From NCBI GenBank assembly GCA_965230955.1, contig OZ246404.1:353184-417183 (forward strand): a DNA stretch of 64,000 nucleotides, given 5' to 3'. A program made the translations under genes and the position numbers. The notes under the pieces are model-generated. The model made no database searches, was not told where the DNA came from, and was given only the letters and a program-made list of their open reading frames with translations. Source of the stretch: an uncultured Candidatus Saccharibacteria bacterium. Lineage in GTDB: Bacteria; Patescibacteriota; CALEFQ01. Below, piece by piece: positions 56,504 to 64,000 of this stretch; position 1 is the first letter of the stretch; every line of letters begins with the position of its first letter.

Positions 56504-56956
56504 ATGGTTGTTAAAAAGACGAAAAAACCCGAGATAGTAAAAGAAGCGGCTCCTAAAAAAGCGCCCAAGGGTTCGACTTATGTTGCGATTGGTCGCCGAA
56601 AGAGTGCGGCCGCGCGCGTTAAGATGGAACTCGGGCAGGGAAAGATCATTGTCAACGGCAAAGATCCGCAAAAATATTTCACTTCGGTGGCTCAGCGCCG
56701 AGTTTTGCTTCAACCCTTGGAAACCGCTAGTTTGGTTGATCGGGTTGATTTAGCGATCAAAACCAAAGGCGGCGGAATGCAAGCTCAGGCCGAGGCGGCC
56801 CGTTTGGGCATCGCCCGGGCGATTATTCTGTTTGACCGGGAGCATCGCATCGCTCTCAAGTCGGCCGGTTTTCTGCGCCGAGATCCGCGCGAGAAGGAAC
56901 GCAAGAAATACGGCCTCAAACGCGCTCGCCGGGCGCCTCAATTCTCTAAACGTTAA
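56504..56956 (+). CDS. rpsI: 30S ribosomal protein S9
   Basis: GRRKSA.ARV, GGG...QA.A, RD.R.KERKKYGL..AR..PQFSKR. Confidence 0.97.
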   Translation: MVVKKTKKPEIVKEAAPKKAPKGSTYVAIGRRKSAAARVKMELGQGKIIVNGKDPQKYFTSVAQRRVLLQPLETASLVDRVDLAIKTKGGGMQAQAEAARLGIARAIILFDREHRIALKSAGFLRRDPREKERKKYGLKRARRAPQFSKR

Positions 56957-57010
56957 AACCTTTATAGCGAGGGATCAATTCCATCGCTATATTATTAAAT
57001 CTAAAACAAA

Positions 57011-57544
57011 ATGGAATCAGCATCTATGGGCTCAAAACCCAAGCACAAAACCAGTTGGATCTGGTTGGCCGTTTTGATTGTGATAATTGCCGGCGTGGCC
57101 GGATTCCTCGTTTGGTATCAGGGATATTCCAAGCCGGCGGTCTCTCCGGCCAATACCGCGATCAATAATAACGGTTCCCAGATGGTCGGCGGTCCCTGTG
57201 GATATGCGCAATACCCGGGGGTCTGTAAGGTTACGGCTTTGGAAGAAGCCAGCGATCAGCCGGCGGGAAGCAACAGCGGCGCCAGCATAAAATTCACCTT
57301 TACTCTAAATAAAGGTGAAACTATCACTCAAGCGGGCTTTGAACTGACCCCGGGTAAAATTTACCAAAAAACACTGGCGTTAAACGGCGCGGGCGACAAA
57401 GTCGGTTCCCAGGCTTGTCTTGATGAATTCAAAATAAGGCAAAATCAGACTTACGACTGCACTTTGGAAGTTATTACCTCCGGCACTTGCACTCCGGAAA
57501 TATTTAAATTCAAAAACATTGACGATAAATGCTTGATGTATTAG
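57011..57544 (+). CDS. Membrane-anchored exported protein with six cysteines
   Basis: N-terminal TM; GGPC.Y..YPG.C, CL, C....I.SGTCTP. Confidence 0.7.
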   Translation: MESASMGSKPKHKTSWIWLAVLIVIIAGVAGFLVWYQGYSKPAVSPANTAINNNGSQMVGGPCGYAQYPGVCKVTALEEASDQPAGSNSGASIKFTFTLNKGETITQAGFELTPGKIYQKTLALNGAGDKVGSQACLDEFKIRQNQTYDCTLEVITSGTCTPEIFKFKNIDDKCLMY

Positions 57545-57556
57545 TCGTCATTTTTT

Positions 57557-57590
57557 AAGGCTCCGGCTTGTGCCGGAGCCTTTTGTTTTT
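57557..57590 (+). terminator. Intrinsic terminator
   Basis: aaggctccggc ttgt gccggagcctt followed by T-rich tail. Confidence 0.85.
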
Positions 57591-57686
57591 GAGTAAATGT
57601 ATACGGATAATTTTTGATTTGGTGAGTGGAAGAGAGCAGGCGATTAATCAATGGTCGCGCTAAAAAGTGTGATCAATTGCTGACAA

Positions 57687-58964
57687 TCAGTTGTTTCTGG
57701 TCAATATCGCCAGTCCTTCAATGTGCGGGGTGCGCGGAAAAAAATTATAAAGACGCAGAAAATCCAGGTGATAGCGGGTGAGCAGCAGCTTTAGATCGCG
57801 GGCTTGCGTCGCTAGATTACAGGAAAGATAGATAATCTTGGACGGACTTACGGCCAAGATTTTTGGTATTATTTTGGGGTGCAAGCCGGCGCGGGGCGGA
57901 TCGAAAATCACCGTGGAATCAGGGGTGATGTAATCCAGGGCGTTTTCTGCGGCGCCGATGATAGTCCGGATATTGGCACTGTGATTGAGCGCGATATTTT
58001 GTTTGGCATAAGCGACGGCTTCCGGAAAACTTTCGATTAAATCGAGGGGCTGGTTCGCCGTCTGCAAGGAGAGGCCAATTGCCCCGACTCCGGCGTAAAA
58101 ATCGATCAGCTTGCCCTGGGCCGGGATGAAGCGAGCCGCGTCGGAGACGGCCGATTGGAAAAGCGGCGGATTGATTTGAAAAAAACAGGACAACCCGTAG
58201 CGGAATTTTTTCGGACCGATACTTTCTTCCAAATAATCTTGGCCGGAATGCCCGATTTCGCGGGAGATGTGACTGGCCGGACTGAGCGGAGAAGAGTAAA
58301 AAATGTGAAACCCGAGCCAGTGATCATTCAGAGCCGGAAAGGAGATAAATTCCCGCGGTTTTTTCAGGAAAAGAGCCGCGATTGTTTCTCCTTTTTGGTT
58401 GGATCGGACCAGCAGGCTTTTCAGTTCGCGCCGAGGGATTTGTTGTTGTCGGATCCAATCCATTACCGCTTGGGATGTTTTGCCGGCGGCCGGAGAAAGG
58501 AGTGAACACTCTGTCAGGGGCTCGGCCTGATGGCTGTCGCGCTGCGAATGGGCGAATGAAAGTTGTCCGTGGTCGTCCTCCGCGAAGACGAATTCCATCT
58601 TGTGGCGATAATTATAAAAAAAATCTTCGGCCGAAATGATTTGCAGTTCGGACCAAGATTCGATTCCTCCGAAGCGCTGGTAAATCTCGCGGCCGATCTC
58701 CAGTTTCCAGTGATTTTCCGTTGCCGGCTTCATAATTTGCCAGGGGCTGCAGGCGGCGAAATGATGATCGCGCGGAGCAATCCGATCGGCCGCGGGAGTG
58801 AGGATCTGGGTGGCGATTCCTTCGCAGTAACTCCGCTTATCTTTAGTGATTTTAACGGCCACTTCCTCGCCGGGGAGGGCGTTCCAAATCATGGCGGCGC
58901 GGCCATCAATCCGGCCTAACCCTTGGCCGCCGAAAATTAATTTGGTTATTTTTGTTTTTATCAT
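57687..58964 (-). CDS. TRAM-domain RNA m5U methyltransferase (RlmD/TrmA family)
   Basis: GG.G.G, ALPGE.V, FFQIN, DFYAGVG, DPPRAG, YLSCN, FP.T.HIE. Confidence 0.9.
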   Translation of the reverse strand: MIKTKITKLIFGGQGLGRIDGRAAMIWNALPGEEVAVKITKDKRSYCEGIATQILTPAADRIAPRDHHFAACSPWQIMKPATENHWKLEIGREIYQRFGGIESWSELQIISAEDFFYNYRHKMEFVFAEDDHGQLSFAHSQRDSHQAEPLTECSLLSPAAGKTSQAVMDWIRQQQIPRRELKSLLVRSNQKGETIAALFLKKPREFISFPALNDHWLGFHIFYSSPLSPASHISREIGHSGQDYLEESIGPKKFRYGLSCFFQINPPLFQSAVSDAARFIPAQGKLIDFYAGVGAIGLSLQTANQPLDLIESFPEAVAYAKQNIALNHSANIRTIIGAAENALDYITPDSTVIFDPPRAGLHPKIIPKILAVSPSKIIYLSCNLATQARDLKLLLTRYHLDFLRLYNFFPRTPHIEGLAILTRNN

Positions 58965-58972
58965 GAGTAGAG

Positions 58973-59491
58973 TTAAAGCCCGAGCGGGTGATATTTATAA
59001 CGTTTCAAAAAAGTCCGTAAGTTTGAATATCTCTTTCCGGCCAGCTTGCCGCCGGCAATCATTTCTTCTTGGGTGACGTCGGCTAGCAGAAAATCTGGTG
59101 GTTGAAAACTGCGCAGCTGCCGGGTTGAGGTAAATTCAATATCTGCTAAGACCAATCCTTTCAGCGGACCGCGGAAAACATCGAATTCGATTTTAGCCCG
59201 ATGCCAGTGCTGATAATATCGCGTTTTGCTGACGATTTTGGCGGGTATTTTTTGGAAAGCTCGGAATTCTGCGGGCGACAAGATGATGGTCTGTTCCTCT
59301 TGCCGCGAGGAATCATTTGAACACAGCGGCCGTTTTTTGGTCAGAGTAGCTTGGGCTCCCTTTTGTCTCAATCTAATGCCGGGATGGGCACAATTGTACG
59401 GAAAATAGCGATCAATAATTTGCTCGTGGGGTAAACGTCGCCAACCTGGCGGCAAAGCTTTTACTAAAAATGTTCGTTCTAACTCAATCAT
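58973..59491 (-). CDS. CYTH-domain protein
   Basis: IELERTFLV (ExExK-like), IRLRQ, LTKK, KTRY, DVF.G.L.GL. Confidence 0.85.
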   Translation of the reverse strand: MIELERTFLVKALPPGWRRLPHEQIIDRYFPYNCAHPGIRLRQKGAQATLTKKRPLCSNDSSRQEEQTIILSPAEFRAFQKIPAKIVSKTRYYQHWHRAKIEFDVFRGPLKGLVLADIEFTSTRQLRSFQPPDFLLADVTQEEMIAGGKLAGKRYSNLRTFLKRYKYHPLGL

Positions 59492-60945
59492 TATTTTCTG
59501 ATCGTGAGATCTTTGATGGCCATTTTTCCTTGCCAGGCGGTTGTGAGAAAAATATGCTCGGAGTCATTGTCGATAAATAAAGACTGCGGGCTGATTGTTT
59601 CATCGGGACTGGCTTGCCAGAAATCGACAACATTGCGACGGTCGCGTTCGTCCAACTCGATGATTTTTACTTTGCCGCCGACGGTAAAAAACAGGTACTT
59701 GTAATTGCCGTTATACCAAATGGCATTATCGATTTTTTCGGTGTAGCGCGTGATCGCTTCCGAATTACTTATACTCGGGTCGTAAATGTAGATTTCATGA
59801 TCATTGTAATAGAGCAATAATTCGTCGGTGGAATCTTCTTGATCGTTGTCTCGGCTCCAGGACATTTTCTCGGCGTTGATAGCGACGCGTTCGGTCTGTT
59901 CAGGAGTCACGGTATAGAGAGCGCCGTCAATGGTTCGAATGGCGATTTTTTTGTTGGCCGAGATGGCTAAATCGTAACTATCAGCCATTTCAATATCTCC
60001 GGAAATAATTTCGGGATTTGATCCGTCCAGTTCCAGTCGGCTGAGGGTGCTCTGTGGCTCAGGTCGGATTTGTTCGTGGCGCGGACGAATCAAATACAGT
60101 CCGGATGAGGCCGGTTGGAAAGCCAATACTTGACCGGCGATCTTACGGGGAGTTACTTTGCCGGCATTTATCGATAAGCGATAGAAGTTTTGTTCGCGAT
60201 CGGTCCCATAGAGCACGGACGGCGTATCCGGGTGCCAATCTACCTTTTGCAATTCGGGTTGGATATCTTCCAGGGTGATCGCTTCCGTTTCCGTGGCGCG
60301 GGAAATGATGGTGTGGTGCTGGTCGCCGGCTTCATTTTGCAGGGTGAGCAGTGCCTGGGTCGAATCCGGGCCAAAGACTATTTTTTCCGCCCGAAGTTGA
60401 CCGGTGTATTTGGACCATAAGCTTTTCAGGGGTATTTCTTTGGTAATTTTCTTGTTTTTCAGGGAATAAAACAGCGCCTCTGGTTGCCCGTCAATTTCGC
60501 CGATGGCGACCAGCCATTCGCGATTCGGAGAAAAATCGACCAGCTCAATCTTGTCCAGGCTGATCACATCGGTCAATTCCGGATCTTGTCGAAACAGAGT
60601 GACATAGCGCGCCCAAGTTACGACTTCCGGTATGACTTCCAGGTCTTTTTCCCAGGGATGATATCCCTCGCGTTCGACTTTGGCGTGATATGTTCCGCCC
60701 ACCAGGTCAGTGAAGCGTTCGTAGCCGAACGCGGTGATATCAAAAGGAGGCGGATTGCCATTCAGCGTGCTGTTGGCGGAGATCGGATCATGGGCGATCA
60801 TGATCATACCAACTTGGTGGACTTCCTTGGCCTTAAAATCGTAGCGGTAGCCGCGGGCGTAAAGAATCAACAACGGAGCTAAAACACAAAAAACCACCAC
60901 CATCGTGGTTACGATTGCCAGGCGGGTTGTTTTGGAAAGCGCCAT
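59491..60945 (-). CDS. Membrane-anchored PEGA + beta-propeller protein
   Basis: TM then YA.GYR.D, G.Y.....EGY.PW.K; C-terminal IELDERD.RN. Confidence 0.75.
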   Translation of the reverse strand: MALSKTTRLAIVTTMVVVFCVLAPLLILYARGYRYDFKAKEVHQVGMIMIAHDPISANSTLNGNPPPFDITAFGYERFTDLVGGTYHAKVEREGYHPWEKDLEVIPEVVTWARYVTLFRQDPELTDVISLDKIELVDFSPNREWLVAIGEIDGQPEALFYSLKNKKITKEIPLKSLWSKYTGQLRAEKIVFGPDSTQALLTLQNEAGDQHHTIISRATETEAITLEDIQPELQKVDWHPDTPSVLYGTDREQNFYRLSINAGKVTPRKIAGQVLAFQPASSGLYLIRPRHEQIRPEPQSTLSRLELDGSNPEIISGDIEMADSYDLAISANKKIAIRTIDGALYTVTPEQTERVAINAEKMSWSRDNDQEDSTDELLLYYNDHEIYIYDPSISNSEAITRYTEKIDNAIWYNGNYKYLFFTVGGKVKIIELDERDRRNVVDFWQASPDETISPQSLFIDNDSEHIFLTTAWQGKMAIKDLTIRK

Positions 60946-61059
60946 ATGCGCTAATTTAAGCGGAAAGTATTTGTATTTTAGCGCTTTAGACCGTTGACGT
61001 CAATCATTTGCCAGGGAAGCCAAAAAACACTATACTATAGAAAACTAAAGTAAAATTTT

Positions 61060-61668
61060 ATGAAATTGACCCGTGTAATCTTATTACGCCAGGGTGGTAC
61101 CATGTGGCACGATCAGGATCAACTGGTCGGGCAAAAGAACGCTGAATTGTCGCTCTCCGGTTTGGTGCGGGCGGAAAAAACAGCTCAGTTATTGAGCTCG
61201 GAAAAAATCGACGCAATTTTTTCATCTAATCTGGGGCGGGCGATAGACACGGCCAAAGCGGTTGCCAAGTATCATCGGCTTCGAGTTATGGCTGATCCCG
61301 AGCTGAATGAACGAGGATTTGGAGATTTGGAAGGGAAAAAACGCAAAGAGCTGGTCAAAGAGCTGAAGCATTTACGCCAAGAAATGGAGAGCAAACCGGA
61401 AGGCGGGGAAAGCGATTATCATTTTGAAAGGCGCGTTGTCGGTTTTCTGGAAGAATGTTTGAAGCAAAACGAAGGAAAAGTGCTCCTCCTGGTTTCGCAT
61501 GAAGGGCCTATCCGGGTAATGCAGCGATACTTCAGCCGTTTTGATACTACCAAAGGAGACGATGACTATCGGGCTTCTTTGGGCGGAATCTCGGAATTTG
61601 AAGTAAAAAGTCTGGCTCCGCTCGAAGTTGCGATCAAAAAATGGGATGCGGTTGAGCACCTGAGCTAA
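61060..61668 (+). CDS. Histidine phosphatase superfamily protein with RHG changed to RQG
   Basis: LLRQG.T, SS.L.RA..TA, L.ERGFG..EG, GGES, VSH. Confidence 0.85.
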   Translation: MKLTRVILLRQGGTMWHDQDQLVGQKNAELSLSGLVRAEKTAQLLSSEKIDAIFSSNLGRAIDTAKAVAKYHRLRVMADPELNERGFGDLEGKKRKELVKELKHLRQEMESKPEGGESDYHFERRVVGFLEECLKQNEGKVLLLVSHEGPIRVMQRYFSRFDTTKGDDDYRASLGGISEFEVKSLAPLEVAIKKWDAVEHLS

Positions 61669-61732
61669 GTCAAAAATCAAAAGTCAAAAGTGGTTTGCCA
61701 ACTTTTTACTTTTGACCTTTGACTTTTGACTT
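61666..61732. repeat. Inverted AAAAGTC/GACTTTT heptamer array overlapping stop
   Basis: taagtc aaaaatc aaaagtc aaaagt ... tactttt gaccttt gactttt gactt. Confidence 0.85.
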
Positions 61733-61739
61733 AAATTCT

Positions 61740-63008
61740 ATGTCTAAACTTATCATCGAAGGCGTCAAGGCCGGAGAAAAATTAAGCGGGGAGATCGCGG
61801 TAGCCGGTTCGAAAAATGCGTCGGCGGGATTAATTCCGGCGACTATTTTAGCGGCCGGACCCTGTGTTCTGAAAAATGTTCCTCAAGTGACCGATGTTCA
61901 GGGTTTGATTCAAATTCTGGCCAGTATGGGAGCAAAAGTCGAGAAGCGAGATCATGAAGTAATGATTGATACCACCGATCTTGATCCAGCTAAAATAGAC
62001 ATGAAGTTAGTGGGAAAGATGAGGATGTCTATCCTGATGCTGGGAGCGCTGATCTCCCGATTTGATCGGGTGCAAATTCCCAAACCCGGCGGCTGTAAAA
62101 TCGGAGCGCGGCCGGTCGGAACTCATCTGGATGCTTTTGAAGCGCTGGGCGCCGCGATTACCAAATCGGACGGAAATTACCAGGTGACCAAGAAAAAACG
62201 TTTGCGTGGCGTGGAGATGACCCTCGATGAATTTAGTGTCACCGCGACTGAAAATGCCCTGTTGGCGGCAGTGACGGCGTCGGGAACGACTATTATTCAT
62301 ACCGCGGCTTCCGAGCCCCATATCGTGACACTGTGCGAGTATTTAAACAAAATGGGCGCTAAAATTTCCGGCGTTGGCACGCACGATCTGACTATCATCG
62401 GGGTTGACCGGTTGAAACCGGCTGATTTTGAGGTCATTCCGGATTATATCGAAATGGGCACTTTTATCTGCTTGGCGGCGGCGACGCGCGGTGAAATTAC
62501 TATCAGGAATTTCCGGCCCCAAGATCTTCGTTTGGAGTTGGTAATTTTCAAAAAGCTTGGTGTCAATTTTGAATTGAAAGATAATGCTTGCTTGGTTCGT
62601 CCGGGGAAATTGACCGCGATCCGCAAAGTGGAATGTCGGCCATCTCCCGGGTTCGCGGCCGATCTTCTGGCTCCGACCGCTTCGCTTCTGACCCAAGCCG
62701 AGGGGACGACACTGGTATTTGATACGATGTATGAGGGACGTATTCGCAACTATATTCCCGAGCTGGTAAAATTGGGCGCCAACGCCGTGATTGCCGATCC
62801 GCACCGTGCGATGGTGACCGGGCCGACGTCGCTTTACGGCGGGCGGACAACCAGTATCGATCTGCGGGCCGGAGCGGCTTTGATTATCGCCGCCTTAATG
62901 GCCGACGGGAAAACGGAAATCGATAATGCCGAGCAGATTGATCGCGGATATGAAAAAATTGTGGAACGCTTGCAAGCCCTGGGAGCGAAAATAAAGCGAC
63001 AGGAATAG
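61740..63008 (+). CDS. murA: UDP-GlcNAc 1-carboxyvinyltransferase
   Basis: GSKNA, PGGCKIGARP, SVTATEN, EPH, PD.IE.GT, PGF..D, DLRAGAAL, IDRGYE. Confidence 0.97.
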   Translation: MSKLIIEGVKAGEKLSGEIAVAGSKNASAGLIPATILAAGPCVLKNVPQVTDVQGLIQILASMGAKVEKRDHEVMIDTTDLDPAKIDMKLVGKMRMSILMLGALISRFDRVQIPKPGGCKIGARPVGTHLDAFEALGAAITKSDGNYQVTKKKRLRGVEMTLDEFSVTATENALLAAVTASGTTIIHTAASEPHIVTLCEYLNKMGAKISGVGTHDLTIIGVDRLKPADFEVIPDYIEMGTFICLAAATRGEITIRNFRPQDLRLELVIFKKLGVNFELKDNACLVRPGKLTAIRKVECRPSPGFAADLLAPTASLLTQAEGTTLVFDTMYEGRIRNYIPELVKLGANAVIADPHRAMVTGPTSLYGGRTTSIDLRAGAALIIAALMADGKTEIDNAEQIDRGYEKIVERLQALGAKIKRQE

Positions 63009-63316
63009 AAAAAGCCGAGCAATCTCTCAACGCTTTTAGCGATTGAGGGTGCTCGGCCGGGCCGATGTACGCGCAGTAGACAAGTCGTCTACGGAGAGAA
63101 TTCAATTCGCCTGGAGACGACCAGGCTAGCCAGCCTATTTCTCGGGTGAGCAGGGCGCCTGCTGTTTCATCCAATACTTCACTAGCTTTCATACTTACTC
63201 CCCACTTGCCAGATCCTCAGGTCTGAAGGACTTTTCCTGGCTGCAGCTCGGATTCATTCCGCAGTTGGCGGTTACCCCGGAGGGAAATCCGTTTCGACGC
63301 TGGCGTACATTAGCTT
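63009..63316 (-). ncRNA. Candidate large structured RNA with terminator
   Basis: Closing stem 63061-72/63303-14, five or more internal hairpins, 3' hairpin 63014-63057 + U-tract, promoter at 63323-63351. Confidence 0.55.
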
Positions 63317-63322
63317 TAAGCT

Positions 63323-63351
63323 ATATTAACCAGGATTATTTCCGATGTCAA
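63323..63351 (-). promoter_or_regulatory. sigma70-type promoter
   Basis: Minus strand TTGACA-17 nt-TAATAT. Confidence 0.75.
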
Positions 63352-63385
63352 GTTATTGGCCAAGAGTAGTAAATTATCCCTGATT

Positions 63386-63727
63386 ATGAAAATCGTTAAG
63401 AAAACCGGTACCAAAAAATTTACCAATAGCCCGGTCTGCACTGCCTGGGAGTATCCTTTAGGTGACAAGGATATTAACGGTGCCGTGATTGAGCTTAACG
63501 GGCGTTATCCCGAGAAAGAATTTGCGATTAACGAAAAATGCAAAGAAATGGCTTATGTTGTTAGCGGCGCCGGTAGGCTAATAACTGTTGAGGGAGAAGT
63601 CGAATTTTCTGCCGATGATTTATTACTTATTGATGCCGGCGAAAAATACTATTGGGAAGGGCGAGCTAAAATTTTCGTGCCTTGTACACCGGCCTGGTAT
63701 CCGGAGCAGCATAAGATAGTGCCTTAA
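63386..63727 (+). CDS. Cupin-domain protein
   Basis: GRYP....N..C.E..YV.SG.G, D...I..GE.Y.W.G, P.W..EQH. Confidence 0.8.
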   Translation: MKIVKKTGTKKFTNSPVCTAWEYPLGDKDINGAVIELNGRYPEKEFAINEKCKEMAYVVSGAGRLITVEGEVEFSADDLLLIDAGEKYYWEGRAKIFVPCTPAWYPEQHKIVP

Positions 63728-63801
63728 GTCAAAAGTCAAAGCTCAAAAGTCAAAAGTTTGATCATCTTACTTTTTATTTTTGACTTTTGATCTTTGACTT
63801 A
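63725..63801. repeat. Inverted AAAAGTC/GACTTTT heptamer array overlapping stop
   Basis: taagtc aaaagtc aaagctc aaaagtc aaaagt ... gactttt gatcttt gactt. Confidence 0.85.
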
Positions 63802-63808
63802 ATTAAAG

Positions 63809-63837
63809 TTGACAAATATAAATAATCCTGCCATTCT
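63809..63837 (+). promoter_or_regulatory. Probable mreB promoter
   Basis: TTGACA-17 nt-CATTCT. Confidence 0.5.
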
Positions 63838-63843
63838 AATTAG

Positions 63844-64000
<157 letters not shown>

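Noticed and set aside
62884-63192. 102-aa minus-strand ORF with GGGGAG upstream
   Set aside because: Runs through the hairpins and terminator into antisense murA; no protein features. A short translated segment within the RNA cannot be excluded
63225-63245. GGAAAAGUCC on the minus strand as RNase P RNA CR-I
   Set aside because: Differs from GAGGAAAGUCC and the 3' ACAGAA..GGCUUA signature was not found

Overview
Chromosomal window from what looks like a Patescibacteria (CPR, Parcubacteria-like) genome. This is inferred from the gene set (sigma-region-4/HARE-HTH protein, DUF87/TraD-like ATPase pair, PEGA-propeller protein, FtsA-like plus baseplate-J-like pair) and from AT-rich, mostly Shine-Dalgarno-less starts; TGA is used as stop, so code 11. 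Content: a peptidoglycan cluster (D-aminoacylase-like, pgeF, NlpC/P60, murD, ftsW, murG, murC, murB), hpf, secA, gad, two FG-GAP-repeat wall enzymes, secDF, a large surface protein, purF-like, sortase, mnmA, alaS, an AT-rich accessory block, the alpha operon with rplM-rpsI, murA and the start of mreB. Most notable: (1) an unannotated LysW-like carrier ending EEEK, a PLP fold-II enzyme and an ATP-grasp ligase inserted between murD and ftsW; (2) three minus-strand promoter-to-U-tract structured RNA candidates, about 140-310 nt; (3) a window-wide family of inverted heptamer arrays that overlap stop codons, supply a -35 box and invade secA in frame; (4) alanyl-tRNA synthetase with an inserted intact histidine-phosphatase domain; (5) a four-gene all-coiled-coil operon coupled to alaS. 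No rRNA, tRNA, CRISPR or transposase was seen. All calls are by eye; no searches or folding were run.
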